Part shown: positions 37,100 to 48,988 of the stretch, piece by piece
How positions within the stretch are numbered: position 1 is the stretch's first letter
How the letters are laid out: each line of letters starts with the position of its first letter
Origin: Octopus vulgaris
Taxonomy: Eukaryota
Reading direction: 5' to 3'
DNA: 64,000 bases
Assembly (NCBI GenBank): GCA_951406725.2
Contig: OX597834.1
Span: forward strand, 44,640,001-44,704,000
The notes under the pieces: model-generated
Database searches by the model: none
Seen by the model: only the letters and a program-made list of their open reading frames with translations
What the model was told of the DNA's origin: nothing
Made by a program: the position numbers and the translations under genes

Positions 37100-38840
37100 A
37101 CGGTAATGCTGTTGGAAGGATGGCGTCGGCAGCAGTAGTGCCACTTTCTCTTTTCTTGTTTTAATTGTGTTGGTAGAACGCTCTGAGGTGGTTCAGTGTT
37201 CCACATGCATGCCATCATGACCTTCTGCATTGTACATTTAGTTGCAGTTCCATCTTATTGGCCCCGGAGATGAGAGTTGCGATCTTTTCCAGATGTTCAG
37301 GTATTACATGTAGAAGGAACACTACCTGTTCAACTGCCTTGTCATTTCCCATCCAAAACTATGTAGGCCAATATTCAGCCAAGACCCAGCCCTGGTAGGA
37401 CGCCCCAGTATTTTTATCTTTGCTGCCCTTCTTCCCGAATAAGTGAGGGACAGAGTGAAGTCTTCACTGCGGCAGCCGAACACTGAGTATTGAACTCAGC
37501 TGCTCAAGTCTTAAATATGGCTTCGTCCTCGCTGAACAGCCTTGCTTTAGATATCTGTGAATACCCTTTCATAGCCCTTTCTGTTTCCGTGGCCGATTCA
37601 CGGCGACAGGTACTTAAAACCAAACAGAACTCTATTACCGCATTTATTGCAGTTGAAGCTAGATTTTCAAGGGTTGGCACAAGCGCTGCAGTTCTCCCTT
37701 CATTTTCGTAAATCGAGCAGCGTCCTCTAGTTTGGTTTGCTTATCCTATTGGGAGAGGCTGTATAGCTTCTTAGTACGGGTTATCCCAGCAAAGGAAGTA
37801 TGTTGTCGTTACCTGAGGTAATGTTATCTTCGCCGCTATCGATCTTTGTTGTTTTTTATAATGCTGTTGCTAATGTTGAAGATGTTGTGGGGGTTGTTGC
37901 TGTTTCTTCCGCTGCTGTTGCCGCCTCTTCCGCTGCTGTTGCCGCTTCTTCCGCTGCTGCTGCTGCTGCTGCTGGTCATATTATTGCTGCTACTATTGTT
38001 ACCTTTCATAACACTGCCGTTGCGTTTCCTGATTTTGCTAAGGCTGTTGTTATGGCTTGAGTTGCTATTGTTCTGCCTCTAGCCTTTGTCTATCAGATCG
38101 CTGTTTCTTTGGTTACAGCGACTGCTGACTTTTGATTTGAGGGAATAGTTTTAGCGGCAACTAAGTGTTGTACTGAGAGGAACCATTTCGCATCCTAACA
38201 TTTTACACAGCCTTGTCGGTCTCTGTTTTGGGGACGCTATGATTATACGTGAAAAAATTACTAACAATTGAACATTTTGCTGCAAAGAAAGATTTTCCTT
38301 GGGGCCTTAATGTAGCTCTAACCTCGTCACTCAGTAAATTAGTTTTGCATTTAAAGAAATGTCAAAATCAGTTTTAAGAAACTGGTCGAGAAGCCACAGT
38401 ATATTATGAAGTCATGTAAACAGTAAAGATCACAAAAGCAAAAATTCAATAATTGAAATTACGCCTGTGGGGAATATTTTGGTTACCAGGAGGGCAGTTC
38501 TCTGTGTTTAGCCCCTTGTGGGTAGTAAAGAAATCGGAGGGCAGTTCCCAGAAACCCCATGATTACCCTGACTTGTATGGCAGGTTCTTTCTCCGCAATT
38601 CCGCTCACTCATTGTACAGGCGCACATTCACAATAGTTCCATTCTCTCGGACTATTTTTGCCACTTCCATCCACCTTTTAACTGGAACACAGCACTCCCC
38701 TCATCACCCCCACTTCGTATTTAAATAAGTTTTTGAAAAGATTGATGAGGGTTTGATCAAAGGAGGTGTCTGTCTTCAGCACTTTTAATCTGGGTCCACC
38801 ACACAATCTCTTTCACTAAGAACACCAGACCGATGTGTGG
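37100..38840 (-). mobile_element. Decayed L1/Tx1-like fragments (ORF1-like low-complexity and zinc-knuckle remnant; ORF2 end)
   Basis: Minus strand ACGTLNHLRAF near 37190 and VWWT..QTLINLFK-like text near 38730-38810; mosaic, boundaries uncertain. Confidence 0.35.
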
Positions 38841-39009
38841 TGTCTGTTATGAATATTTTCGTGGTTGGGGATGGGGGGCTGGAACCGTGTTGCCACTTCA
38901 AATATTGTGGTGTGTCAAGGATTATAAGAATCTATAAAATGGTTTTGCTGTTCCATCTCTTGTTGCTTTATTTGGCTTAGGAATTATCTTTTCGCAGACT
39001 TATTTAAGA

Positions 39010-39517
39010 ACATGGTGGAGTCCATCAAATAGGATTTGACTCCACCTCCATTTAGAGCACAGTTTATGCTATCTTTTCGTGGAAGAAGGTATATGTTCCT
39101 ATAACCTGTGTTAATTCTGTAACCCTTTAAAATGGAAGATAAGAAAGTTCATTTTCGGCACTTGATGCTTTGGGAACCAGACAAAAATTGCTGCAGCTCC
39201 GCTGAGATGTGTTACCTCACCCTCCATGTTTATCAGATATTGCTCCTTCGGATTTCCACTTATTCAGGTCTCTGCAGAATAGTCTTAATGGTAAAAATTT
39301 CAATTCCTTGGATGACGTAAAAAGATACCTTGATGAATTATTTGCCATGAAACCACCTCAAATCTGGGCAGAGGGTATTTTCAAGTTAAAGGAAAGATGG
39401 AGACGCATTGTGCAACAAAATGGTTCATATTTGGTTGGTTAAAAATGTAATGGCAAGTATTTATTGACCTTTTTCTTTCTTTTAAAAATCGGCACGAACT
39501 TTCCGGACAACCCAATA
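39010..39517 (+). mobile_element. Internally deleted mariner element
   Basis: N-terminus MEDKKVHFRHLMLWE fused to C-terminus LPHPP..SDIAPSDFHLFRSLQN...GIFKLKERWRRIVQQNGSY; 3' TIR ...ggcacgaactttccggacaacccaa-TA. The left boundary is approximate. Confidence 0.85.
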
Positions 39518-40136
39518 CTTTTCTCTCGATATGGCTGACAATTACTCCAATCCTACATCAATCCCGTAGAATCCTACCTCCAAATCAACTGACTTAAAGT
39601 AGCGTCTACCACATCTTACTGTGTCTGTAACAAGAGAGAACATCACGTCTGACAATATCAGCAAACCATGCATTTTGTATCAGACTTAGTACAGAAAATT
39701 TCTCCTAATAAATAGAAAACTACATTAATGAAGAACTGCTGTACCAATAAGAATATTCAATCATTAATGTGTCACACGGTGGCTATTACTGCAGCGGATG
39801 CAGATCAGTACTGACGCAGACAGTTCACACATCTATGCACCAGTGCAACGAAAAGAAAGAAAAAACTGTTACGGTACAACAACTTAAGGTTGGTAACGGT
39901 TACACCGAGCAAACTTAGAGTTTTATAGTCTTTCGGTATAGGAGACATCAGTCGAGAATATAATCATGTTGCTTCCCAGTTTACTTTCATTTGAAGCTTT
40001 ACATCGTATATGATGTACGCACACTTTACGCACGCTCACACACACACACACACATATACTTTCGAGGACGTCTGCAAAATCATACCTAAACATACACATA
40101 CATACATAAATATGTATCTACATATATATCAACATA

Positions 40137-40191
<55 letters not shown>

Positions 40192-40226
40192 ATATACATA
40201 CATATACATATATACATATACATATA

Positions 40227-40439
40227 CATAGGTGGATGCAAAAGTATGCATTCAGTAAGTATCACATGAAATTAGTGTTGGCCTCATTTTTGATATTTTC
40301 AATGTCAAGAAGCATAATAATACATTTATCATAATCATAACTTTTATCGTAGCTTTCAATTTTTTTTAAAATAAAAATAAATGAGTTTGTACGTATTTTC
40401 CTTTTCGTAAATGTATACCTACTTTTGCAGCACCTTCTG
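40227..40439. mobile_element. Tc1/mariner-type MITE
   Basis: Imperfect TIRs CATAGGTGGATGCAAAAGTA / CAGAAGGTGCTGCAAAAGTA with flanking TA. Confidence 0.65.
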
Positions 40440-40442
40440 TAT

Positions 40443-40482
<40 letters not shown>

Positions 40483-40483
40483 T

Positions 40484-40654
40484 CTCTTTTACTTGTTTCA
40501 GTCATTTGACTGCGGCCATGCTGGAGCACAGCCTTTAGCCGAGCAAATCGACCCCACGACTTACTCTTTGGAAGCCTAGTACCTATTCTATCGGTTTCTT
40601 TTGCCGAACCGCTAAGTTACGGGGACGTAAACACACCACCACTGGTTGTCAAGC
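40484..40654 (-). mobile_element. SINE type B 3' half
   Basis: Family match. Confidence 0.82.
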
Positions 40655-42153
40655 AAATTTGCTTCGATTTGATAAACAGATACAGCTGTTGATATCAATG
40701 ATCCCCTTCCCAATGTTTTTGTTATTACTCAATGTCTTTTCTATATATATCAAACCACGATTTTACTATTAGATTACCAACTACTGTATGCCTTTTAGCT
40801 AGGACTATACATAGTGAGGTAATACACCAAGAGTGTCTACGGATACATTTATCCCTTAGATGGTTGCATAATCTCTAATTTATAATTGAAAATGCTTGAA
40901 ATCAGTTCGCTACGAAGGCCACCATATCCAAAGATCGAAACAAGAAGAAATTTAAAAGAAGCAACAACGCTTTCTAATGTTCGTATGTCTTTAGAAGTTC
41001 CTCGTCCTTATGCCGAGAAAGAGAATAAGAGATAAAATATAATTCTTCGCATTTCTCCTTATATTTTCCGTTTGTGCACAAAATTGATCGAAGTGTGCCT
41101 ACAGTAACAGAAGGGATTGGTTTCTAAGAGAACGTGGAAGGACAGAAGCTGGCAAGAGTGAGTGAGAGAGAAAAAGAGGAGTGAGAGAGATGGAGAGAGA
41201 GAGAAAGAGAGAAGGAGAGAAGGAGAGTGAGAGAAAGAGAGAGAGAAAGAGACAGGCTGACAAACACAGACAGATACAGAGAAAGTGGCGTAGGGAGAAA
41301 GAGAGAGAGTCGGACAGACAGACAGAAAGAATCTCACAGACAGACAGAGAGGGACTCACAGACAGACAGACAAAGACGGGGGAGGAAGATAAGGGGAAGG
41401 AGAGAGAGAGAGACAGGTTGGGGTGGGAAGGAAATATACGAACGAGAAAGTCGCTGGGGATTAACGATAAATATGGAAAGAAAGAGGGCGTGCACCACTT
41501 CAGAATTTAATGAATCTGTAAACAACTTTAGCTAAAATATATGTTCAGAGTCGGATATGGACAAACGTAGCTAAAATTAAATTATTTGACTTAGAAATAG
41601 GCTACTTCTAGGTATTCCAGTTTTCTGTTTTCTTTTGTTTCTTTTTTTTCTTTTTACTTAATAACTAGGTTTGTTTACAAAATCAGTTTTTTTATCTCAA
41701 ATATATTTTATAGTCATATAAACTCCCATGTCTAAATCGTATCTAAATCCTGCCAGGTAATTGAAATGTGCGAAATATGACAGCTGACATTGTTCTTCAG
41801 CTGAAAAGCAATGGTATATCTCTGACTAGAAAATAAAGATTAGTATTTGTCTAAACAATGAATTTGGGAATTTAGATAAGCTACAACGTATTCTTGTAGA
41901 TAAACATAATAACTGACAAATACTTGAGAAACCAATAAATAAATACGTAAGAGTCTATTATTTTATATGTTAACATTTTCGTGTCGTTCAAAAGAATATT
42001 AATTCCGTAATTGTTCTTGAATTGTAAGGTTTTAAAAGCATACACAAGGTACATTCGATAGTTTTAAGGTAGGGTTCAGAAAATGTGTTTAAATATGCTG
42101 ATTATTGAGATGCGCAAGAATGTATCGTAGTATTGATATAGTGAGAAGTGGAT

Positions 42154-42313
42154 GTTAAGTTTCAACAGAAAAACGGCTGTTGATTTTTAACAGAGAAACT
42201 GCCGTTAAGTTTAACAGAGAAACAGCTGTTAAGTTTAACAGAGAAACAGCCGTTAAGTTTAACAGATAAACAGCTGTTAAGATTAACAGAGAAACAGCTG
42301 TTAAGTTTAAACA
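42154..42313. repeat. 24-bp minisatellite, about 6.5 units (GTTAAGTTTAACAGAGAAACAGCT)
   Basis: Head-to-tail repeats; each junction contains the hairpin CTGTTAA-GT-TTAACAG. Confidence 0.9.
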
Positions 42314-43008
42314 GTAAGATAATAAACGTGCAAATTAGTCTCGTAAAATGTGTTTTCTTTTAGAGGAACATGATTTATATACAGAATTAAATTACTCTAA
42401 GAAGAATTATACGAATATACATTTCTCTTCAAAGGATAAGTTTGATGCTTACACTAAATTACAAAATATAGCAACAATGCAGGTACGGTTGATGCCGTGT
42501 TCAAATTAAGGTTCAAATCAAGATAATTCAACGAACCATCATACACTTCTTTGGGGATTAACTCCCAAACAATTTTGAGATTTCTCTTTTTGAAAATCCC
42601 AGTTCATCCAGATTCGCTTTTAAGCATTTACTAACAAAACCTTGTGCTCCAATTATTATTGGTATGAATATGAATTCATAGTCTGGATAGAAAAGCTAGA
42701 GGTTTCGAAGCGATTGTCCATAGATATCCTTTTTTTCTTTGATTTTCAAAGAGATAAGTATATCTGCAGGGCAGCTGACCTCTGTGATGGTACATACCTT
42801 TGCCCTCTGTCCCAAACAACAACATCCACCCTGTTATGTTTACATATGACAGAAGTTTTGATGGAAATATTCCACCAGTATTTCTTGAGTTGGTGTTTAT
42901 GAATGTATGTATGTATGTATGTATGTATGTATGTATGTATGTATGTATGCATGTATGTATGTATGTATGTATGTATGTATATAAGGTTTATGTGTATATG
43001 TGTGTGTG

Positions 43009-43055
<47 letters not shown>

Positions 43056-43258
43056 GAGAGGGAAAAGAGGTCGGCCTCGAGCATTGCTGGTAACATGTAA
43101 ACCAGCACAACCTGTCGCAAGCTTGCTCGGTGGAAAAGGTGATTTTTGGACCCGAAAGAAACAAAACCTGTCAAAGAGTTGCATAACTCATCGACCATTA
43201 AAAAGTATGTATGTAGACATTATAATGTATGTACAGGATGAAGGCAAAATTTGTGGGC

Positions 43259-43299
<41 letters not shown>

Positions 43300-43302
<3 letters not shown>

Positions 43303-43659
43303 AATATTAGGGAATAAATCCAAATTTACAGGGAAAAAATCAGATTTAGGATTAAATCCAATTTTATAGTAAAATATTATATAATATTAATTAGAGACAA
43401 AACCACTATTTTGCAAAACAAACAAGGAAAGACTTAATCAATACATAAAATTTTAATAAAAAGTAAAAAAACCGCCACTACAGTTGTTTCATGTCTTCAA
43501 TGACAATTGAAACTGATTTGAAAATCGGAAATCCACCTGAAGATTGTCATTGAAGACATGAAACAATTGTAGTGGCGGTTTTTTTACTTTTTATTAAAAT
43601 TTTATGTATTGATTAAGTCTTTCCTTGTTTGTTTTGCAAAATAGTGGTTTTGTCTCTAA

Positions 43660-43672
<13 letters not shown>
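43300..43672. mobile_element. (TA)n-embedded fold-back element, family P2 (130-bp inverted arms 43378-43507 / 43543-43672)
   Basis: Arms match with one mismatch; TA tracts on both sides; homologous to 59309-59584. Confidence 0.75.
43533..43575 (+). ncRNA. Type I hammerhead ribozyme fold (family P2)
   Basis: CCAC-CTGAAGA-TTGTC-ATTGAA-GACAT-GAAA-CAATTG-TA-GTGG. Palindromic stem III (ACAATTGT), GUA triplet; stem I extends via AAAATCG/CGGTTTT past a 5-nt bulge. Confidence 0.75.
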
Positions 43673-43706
<34 letters not shown>

Positions 43707-43807
43707 GGAGTAAACACATAAATGTGAAACAAGGTGGAAAAAGAGTACTCAAATACCAGTGGTAGAGGAATATGCTTTATTTATAGCAGCAGAAAATTCA
43801 ACAAAAC

Positions 43808-43845
43808 CTGTTACTCTGAGTTTCACGTTTCCGTTCGTCGGACAG
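43808..43845 (-). ncRNA. Minimal type I hammerhead fold with U4C core variant (family P3, minus copy)
   Basis: Exact reverse complement of 43859-43896. Confidence 0.6.
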
Positions 43846-43858
43846 TTTCTATCAAAAA

Positions 43859-43896
43859 CTGTCCGACGAACGGAAACGTGAAACTCAGAGTAACAG
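43859..43896 (+). ncRNA. Minimal type I hammerhead fold with U4C core variant (family P3, plus copy)
   Basis: CTGT-CCGACGA-ACG-GAAA-CGT-GAAA-CTCAGAG-TA-ACAG. All three stems pair; the core reads CCGACGA instead of CUGANGA. Confidence 0.6.
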
Positions 43897-44417
43897 GTTT
43901 TGTTGAATTTTCTGCTGCTTTAAATAAAGTAAATATATATATATATACATATATGAGGTAAACAGTGCATTTTGGTTTATCATGCATTTTTACTATCCAC
44001 GTTTATTTATTTGCTGCAAACCTGGACTGTTTACAGCCAATGCCACAGAAAATCCTTATGACGCTTTTATTATAAGTGCCATCGCCAAATTCTAAGGAAT
44101 AGCTTCAAGTCGTTTACACAAGATACAATAACTTTAGAAAGAGCAGGAATTTTATCGATTCACTTTGTGCTGGTTTTCAATCGGCTGAGTTGGCCTGACC
44201 GTTTAATACAGATGGAGCATCAGAGCATTTATATACAAGGTTGGCCAAATGTCACCTGGCAGTAAATCAAAACCATCTAATTCCAAGATTTATTTATGTT
44301 TAACAACAGAATGAATTTAATAAAAGCATCTAAATTTGAAACACCATGAAAATTCTTTAAACTGAAGTCTTTCTTGAGTGACACATTTTTTTCATTCGAG
44401 TCAATACAGAATTACAG

Positions 44418-44418
<1 letters not shown>

Positions 44419-44492
<74 letters not shown>

Positions 44493-44575
44493 TGCGTGTG
44501 TGTGTCTGTGTATGTGGTGGCTGTTGATGAAAGTATTTATGGAATCTTGATTCATTGGCTAGTGACTTTTGGCCA

Positions 44576-44626
<51 letters not shown>

Positions 44627-44672
44627 TTGGATTTGTGTGTGTGTGTGTGTACGTGTGTATGTGTACGTGTGT
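44419..44672. repeat. (TG)n/(TGCG)n microsatellites
   Basis: Directly visible. Confidence 0.95.
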
Positions 44673-44902
44673 AAGAACATGAATTTGATGCTTGCGTGGT
44701 GTCTTGAACATGTTTCGGGGGTGGCAGCAACCAAATCTCTGTACATCACGAAGAGCACAGCAACTAAGAGAGTCAAAGATACCCAGAGAAAGGTTGTGAT
44801 CAAATCAGGAATATTATCAGAAGAATCAGAAACGAAAACAACGAGAACAACAGAATCAACAAAATGAAATAATGAGGCTTTAATGACCTGTAGGGACGCG
44901 GT

Positions 44903-45034
44903 TGCCTTTCATCCTTTCGGGGTCGATAAATTAAGTAGCAGTTACGCACTGGGGTCGATGTAATCGACTTAATACCTATGTCTGTCCTTGTTTGTCCCCT
45001 CTGTGTTTAGCCCCTTGTGGGCAATAAAGAAATA
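44903..45034 (+). mobile_element. SINE type A, 5'-truncated
   Basis: Family match. Confidence 0.85.
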
Positions 45035-45529
45035 GGTATTTCAAAATGAAACCAGAGGATAATCATAAAGTACATCAGACGTTTTTAAACTTAATACCGT
45101 GTTCAGATCTGTTAACAATGCGTTTTACATCACTTGCTGAGGTTATTTCTACAGATATTCAATAATAATTATTGCCATCACTAAAATTATAGCGGAACTG
45201 AAAAAAAAAATGAATGAAAAATAAAGGTCAGCATTTTAAAGTAAAGGGAAATAATCGCTGAACACAGAAAATAACTATTTAAGGAGTTATCTCCCTTACA
45301 ACGAGAAATTTTGTCTTTTAATAAATGTTTAACATGGGGTGCAACCATGTTCGTGCATGGGTGTGCGTTGGCGGGGAGTGTACTTATACATACATACATA
45401 CATACATACATACATACATACATACACACACACATACATACATGTATGTATGTATGTATGTATGTATGTATGTATGTATGTATGTATGTATGTATGTATG
45501 TATGTATGTATGTATGTATATGAGGTTTA

Positions 45530-45578
<49 letters not shown>

Positions 45579-45938
45579 GTGGGGGAAAGAGGGTAAAGAG
45601 GTCGGCCACGAGCATTGCTGGTAACATGTAAACCAGCACAACCTGTCGCAAGCTTGCTCGATGTTACTGTCGTTTAAGCCCCAAGAAGTTGGCTATCCAC
45701 ACAGTCTGTGTCCGAATAGTGTTTGCAAGGGAGATCATAGATTCTTTGGCTGATGAAGATTTCCTGACCTCTATAGTGTTGGCCCGTTTGTTACTTACTT
45801 TTTAATGGAACTTTTTCGTTACTTACTTTTTTAATGGAACGACACGTCCGGATATTTTGTTCACTAGTGAGTTTTTATGTATATGTCTATATATATATAT
45901 GTAATATGTGTGTGTGTATGTATGTATGCATATATATA

Positions 45939-45969
<31 letters not shown>

Positions 45970-46379
45970 TTAGAGGGATATATTATCCGGGCGGATACCG
46001 TATTAGCTCTCAGTTATGTTTCAGGTTACGACTAAACACATCGATTCGTATTTAACGTCTATGGCTACTAGGGTTTGTCCCTCATACTGTAAATTCCTCC
46101 GATAGTTAATTCCGCGTTCCCTTTACTGAATGGTAACATTATCTAGAGTGTCTACTAACAATAATTATAACGAGAACGAACATGGAGACAAGCATATCCG
46201 CAAAATTTATTCCTTTTTATTTTACAATGATATACAGCATGTTTTTATAGACGTTACTTCCCAGTGTAGTTGCCGCATCCATCTTTTATAGAGATTTTCT
46301 CATCTAGGTAATTTGCTTGTGGCAAAGTCAGTGACTGTGTCTCACTTTTTCTTCTATATGTTGCGAGCTAGAGTGAACA

Positions 46380-46800
46380 ACTGCTATCTCTAATGGACGA
46401 CGGGGGGACGAGTACAGCTGTCGGCTGGATCTATAATAAAGATGATACCCCCAACTGGACTCTCAAAGGAAGGTAAGGCTTGTTTTTACTGTACGGTTGC
46501 AGTACTGAATGAGTGTGCCTGGAGAACTAGAATGGAAGGTTCTGTGACAGGGTCCTTCATCTCTGGCCCCGGTTTGCTGTCTTACTTCAGATACCATCTG
46601 AAGAGCAAGATAGGGCTCGAGAGGAAGTCCCTGCCACCGAGTGTATACGAGAAACGATGGAAGGATGTGATGAGAAAGGTGGGTGTCAGTAAACACAGCT
46701 TAATCATTGATGAAAGGAAAAACTAGTTGCTGGGCCTTATAGGCTGCTGGGTTCGATCTTTTTGAACGTTTATTCGTTTTCTTTCTTTGTTCTTGTTATT
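46380..46800 (+). mobile_element. L1/Tx1-like ORF2 C-terminal fragment
   Basis: VAVLNECAWRTR...LLSYFRYHLKSKIGLERKSL...YEKRW resembles Tx1-type ORF2 ends. Confidence 0.55.
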
Positions 46801-46982
46801 TTTTTTTAAGTTCTAGTTTCAAGGTAAAAACAAAGCGTTACATAAAATACGTTTTAAGTAAATGTTTAACATAATGCTCTTTCGAACTCATTTAACTTTG
46901 TTGTATTTGTTTGTCTTGTAATGTCCTTCTCTATGTGCGATCAGTTTGATCATAAGGACTTTATCTTTAATGGACGAGTATC

Positions 46983-47024
46983 CACCACTGAGGATGGACG
47001 CAAAGAGTTAGAAACATGATGGTG
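46983..47024 (+). ncRNA. Degenerate hammerhead remnant
   Basis: CACCA-CTGAGGA-TGGACGCAAAGAGTTA-GAAA-CATG-A-TGGTG. Stem I and core boxes intact, stem II weak, U16.1 missing. Confidence 0.35.
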
Positions 47025-47699
47025 TGGTAGTCTCGTGGCTGGAAGGTGGTAGGGGTTCACTCCCCTGCTTGCAATAGATATCGGGTGGAATTTGAAGCGA
47101 ATAACCAATTGGAGGTGTCATCCACTTGGGGTAAAAAATAGAAGTAATGTCGGTTCATATGGGACAGCCGCGTTTAAGTTGCGATAAACATATATTCATA
47201 TCTGTAAATACAAAATATAAATTAAACTCCAAGTCTATCGCATCCGTTACTTCAAGTTTCTCACGGATTCGTTGATCAATTCAATTAATATATGTTGTTT
47301 TTAAAGTTATCTTTTGTTATCAACGCGGATTTTAATGTTATTTAAACTTCTTTATCTAAAGGAAACGAAGTAACTGTAACATTTAATATTGTGTGAAGTA
47401 CAACATCTGACATTGGTTCTCATCTAAAAAGCACTTATATATCTCTCACTAGAGAATAATGATGACTACTTGTTCAAACAAGTAATTCTGACGCTTAGAT
47501 AACCCAGAAAAGGAGTTATCTGTTTCGTATTCAGAAACGTCGTTATAGTTAGATAGATACTTATATAAGTTAGGCTGAAATATTGCCAAATACAGTACAT
47601 TCCATGGGTGTTTTTCATCATTTATATGGGTTTTTTTACAAGAGTATCGTTGGCCTTTCTGAAATAAAAGGGGACAGAAGTTATCCGGTGAATACTTGC

Positions 47700-48072
47700 T
47701 GTACGGTAACTCTGAGCACCTTTTCAAACTCCACCCATCTAACACCCGTGGACATATTTACAAAGTAAGAAAACAGCACAGCTCCCATGACTTCAGGAAA
47801 CATTTTTTCACGCTAAGAGTTGCTGAAGCATGGAAAAAACTGCCGGCATCAGTTGTTAGTTGTCGGAGCACTGCATCCTTCAAAACTTCCATGCTTCCTG
47901 AGATTCGCCAACACTACACCTGATTTTCTCCTCCATACATACACAAGCATGTATCTGACTCATACATTGTTCGCTTTCCAGACATTTCTACATTACTGCA
48001 TGTACTTTATATGCACTTTCTGACAAGTTGTGGTGCACCTGAGCACTGTATACAATAATTTCATTATTATTT
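47700..48072 (+). mobile_element. CR1-like LINE 3' end
   Basis: NTRGHIYKV...RKHFFTLRVAEAWKKLPASVV...SFK* followed by a 3' UTR ending in attattatt. Confidence 0.82.
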
Positions 48073-48479
48073 TTTTTATATATATATGTAATGAGAATGT
48101 AAGAGTTAGAATGCTTTAAAGTTGTTAGCCAGTGATCACATGGCCCATGTGTTCTTATATAACAGTTTTGTGGGTACTCACAGGTAAATAGCAAAATGGG
48201 GATTCACATTAGTATTTCAAGGGCCTCTAAAATAATTTTGCTTCAGATGTATGTACTGGTATGTATTGCAAGAAAACAGCCAGCTTCCTATGACATTTTA
48301 CTTAGTTCAAACTATACAAGTTAGTTAATGTATGTAACACAAAAAATGAATTATGAAAAACGTTTCTATAAGCTAGTTTTCAACTATTGAATGACTTTAG
48401 GTGTCCAGCAGAATAAGACAGTAATCAAAAGGGCCCATAGATAAAGAATGGTTGAGAATCTGCTTCACTTCTCAATTTT

Positions 48480-48704
48480 ATCGCAAAATTCCACGTTGGA
48501 TTTTGTTCCAACTTCCTGTAAAAAAAACAAATGGCAGACACACGTGATCACAAATTTTACAATTTGCGAAGTAAACACAGCGATGTCACTCATGCGCAGA
48601 CTCATGAAGGTTACTGCTAGCTGCCACCGCGCACGCCATCGTCTGCTGCCACCTGTTGGCGTGCTACATAACTAGTCCGGAAACTTTTTGGATATCATCT
48701 GGTA
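48480..48704 (-). mobile_element. Tc1/mariner terminal fragment
   Basis: Reverse strand TA-CCAGATGATATCCAAAAAGTTTCCGGACTAG resembles a mariner TIR. Confidence 0.4.
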
Positions 48705-48758
48705 AATCATTTATCTCTTCAGTCAGGTTTTTGCTAAAGAAGAATACGACCACCAGAT

Positions 48759-48988
48759 GGCGGCGAGCTGGCAAAACCGTTAGCACGCCGGGTGACATGC
48801 GGAGCGGTATTTCAGCAGTCGTTACGTTCTGAGTTCAAATTCCGCCGAGGTCGACTTTGCCTTTCATCCTATCGGGGTCGATAAATTAAGTACCAGTTAC
48901 GCACTGGGGTCGATGTAATCGACTTAATCCGTTTGTCTGTCCTTGTTTGTCCCCTCTGTGTTTAGCCCCTTGTGGGCAATAAAGAAAT
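48759..48988 (+). mobile_element. SINE type A with TSD
   Basis: TSD aagaatacgacca at 48740-48752 and 48989-49001. Confidence 0.9.

Larger units (their letters stand above)
43704..43931. mobile_element. (TA)n-embedded fold-back element, family P3 (74-bp inverted arms 43775-43848 / 43856-43929)
   Basis: Near-perfect palindrome with a 7-nt spacer, between TA runs. Confidence 0.7.

Noticed and set aside
37800-38082. Ala/Leu-rich signal- or TM-like ORFs
   Set aside because: (GCT)n-derived low complexity within a decayed retroelement-like region.
42154-42313. CRISPR-like palindromic repeats
   Set aside because: No unique spacers, no cas genes, eukaryotic context.
45745-45775. CTGATGA box
   Set aside because: No downstream stem II, GAAA or stem III.
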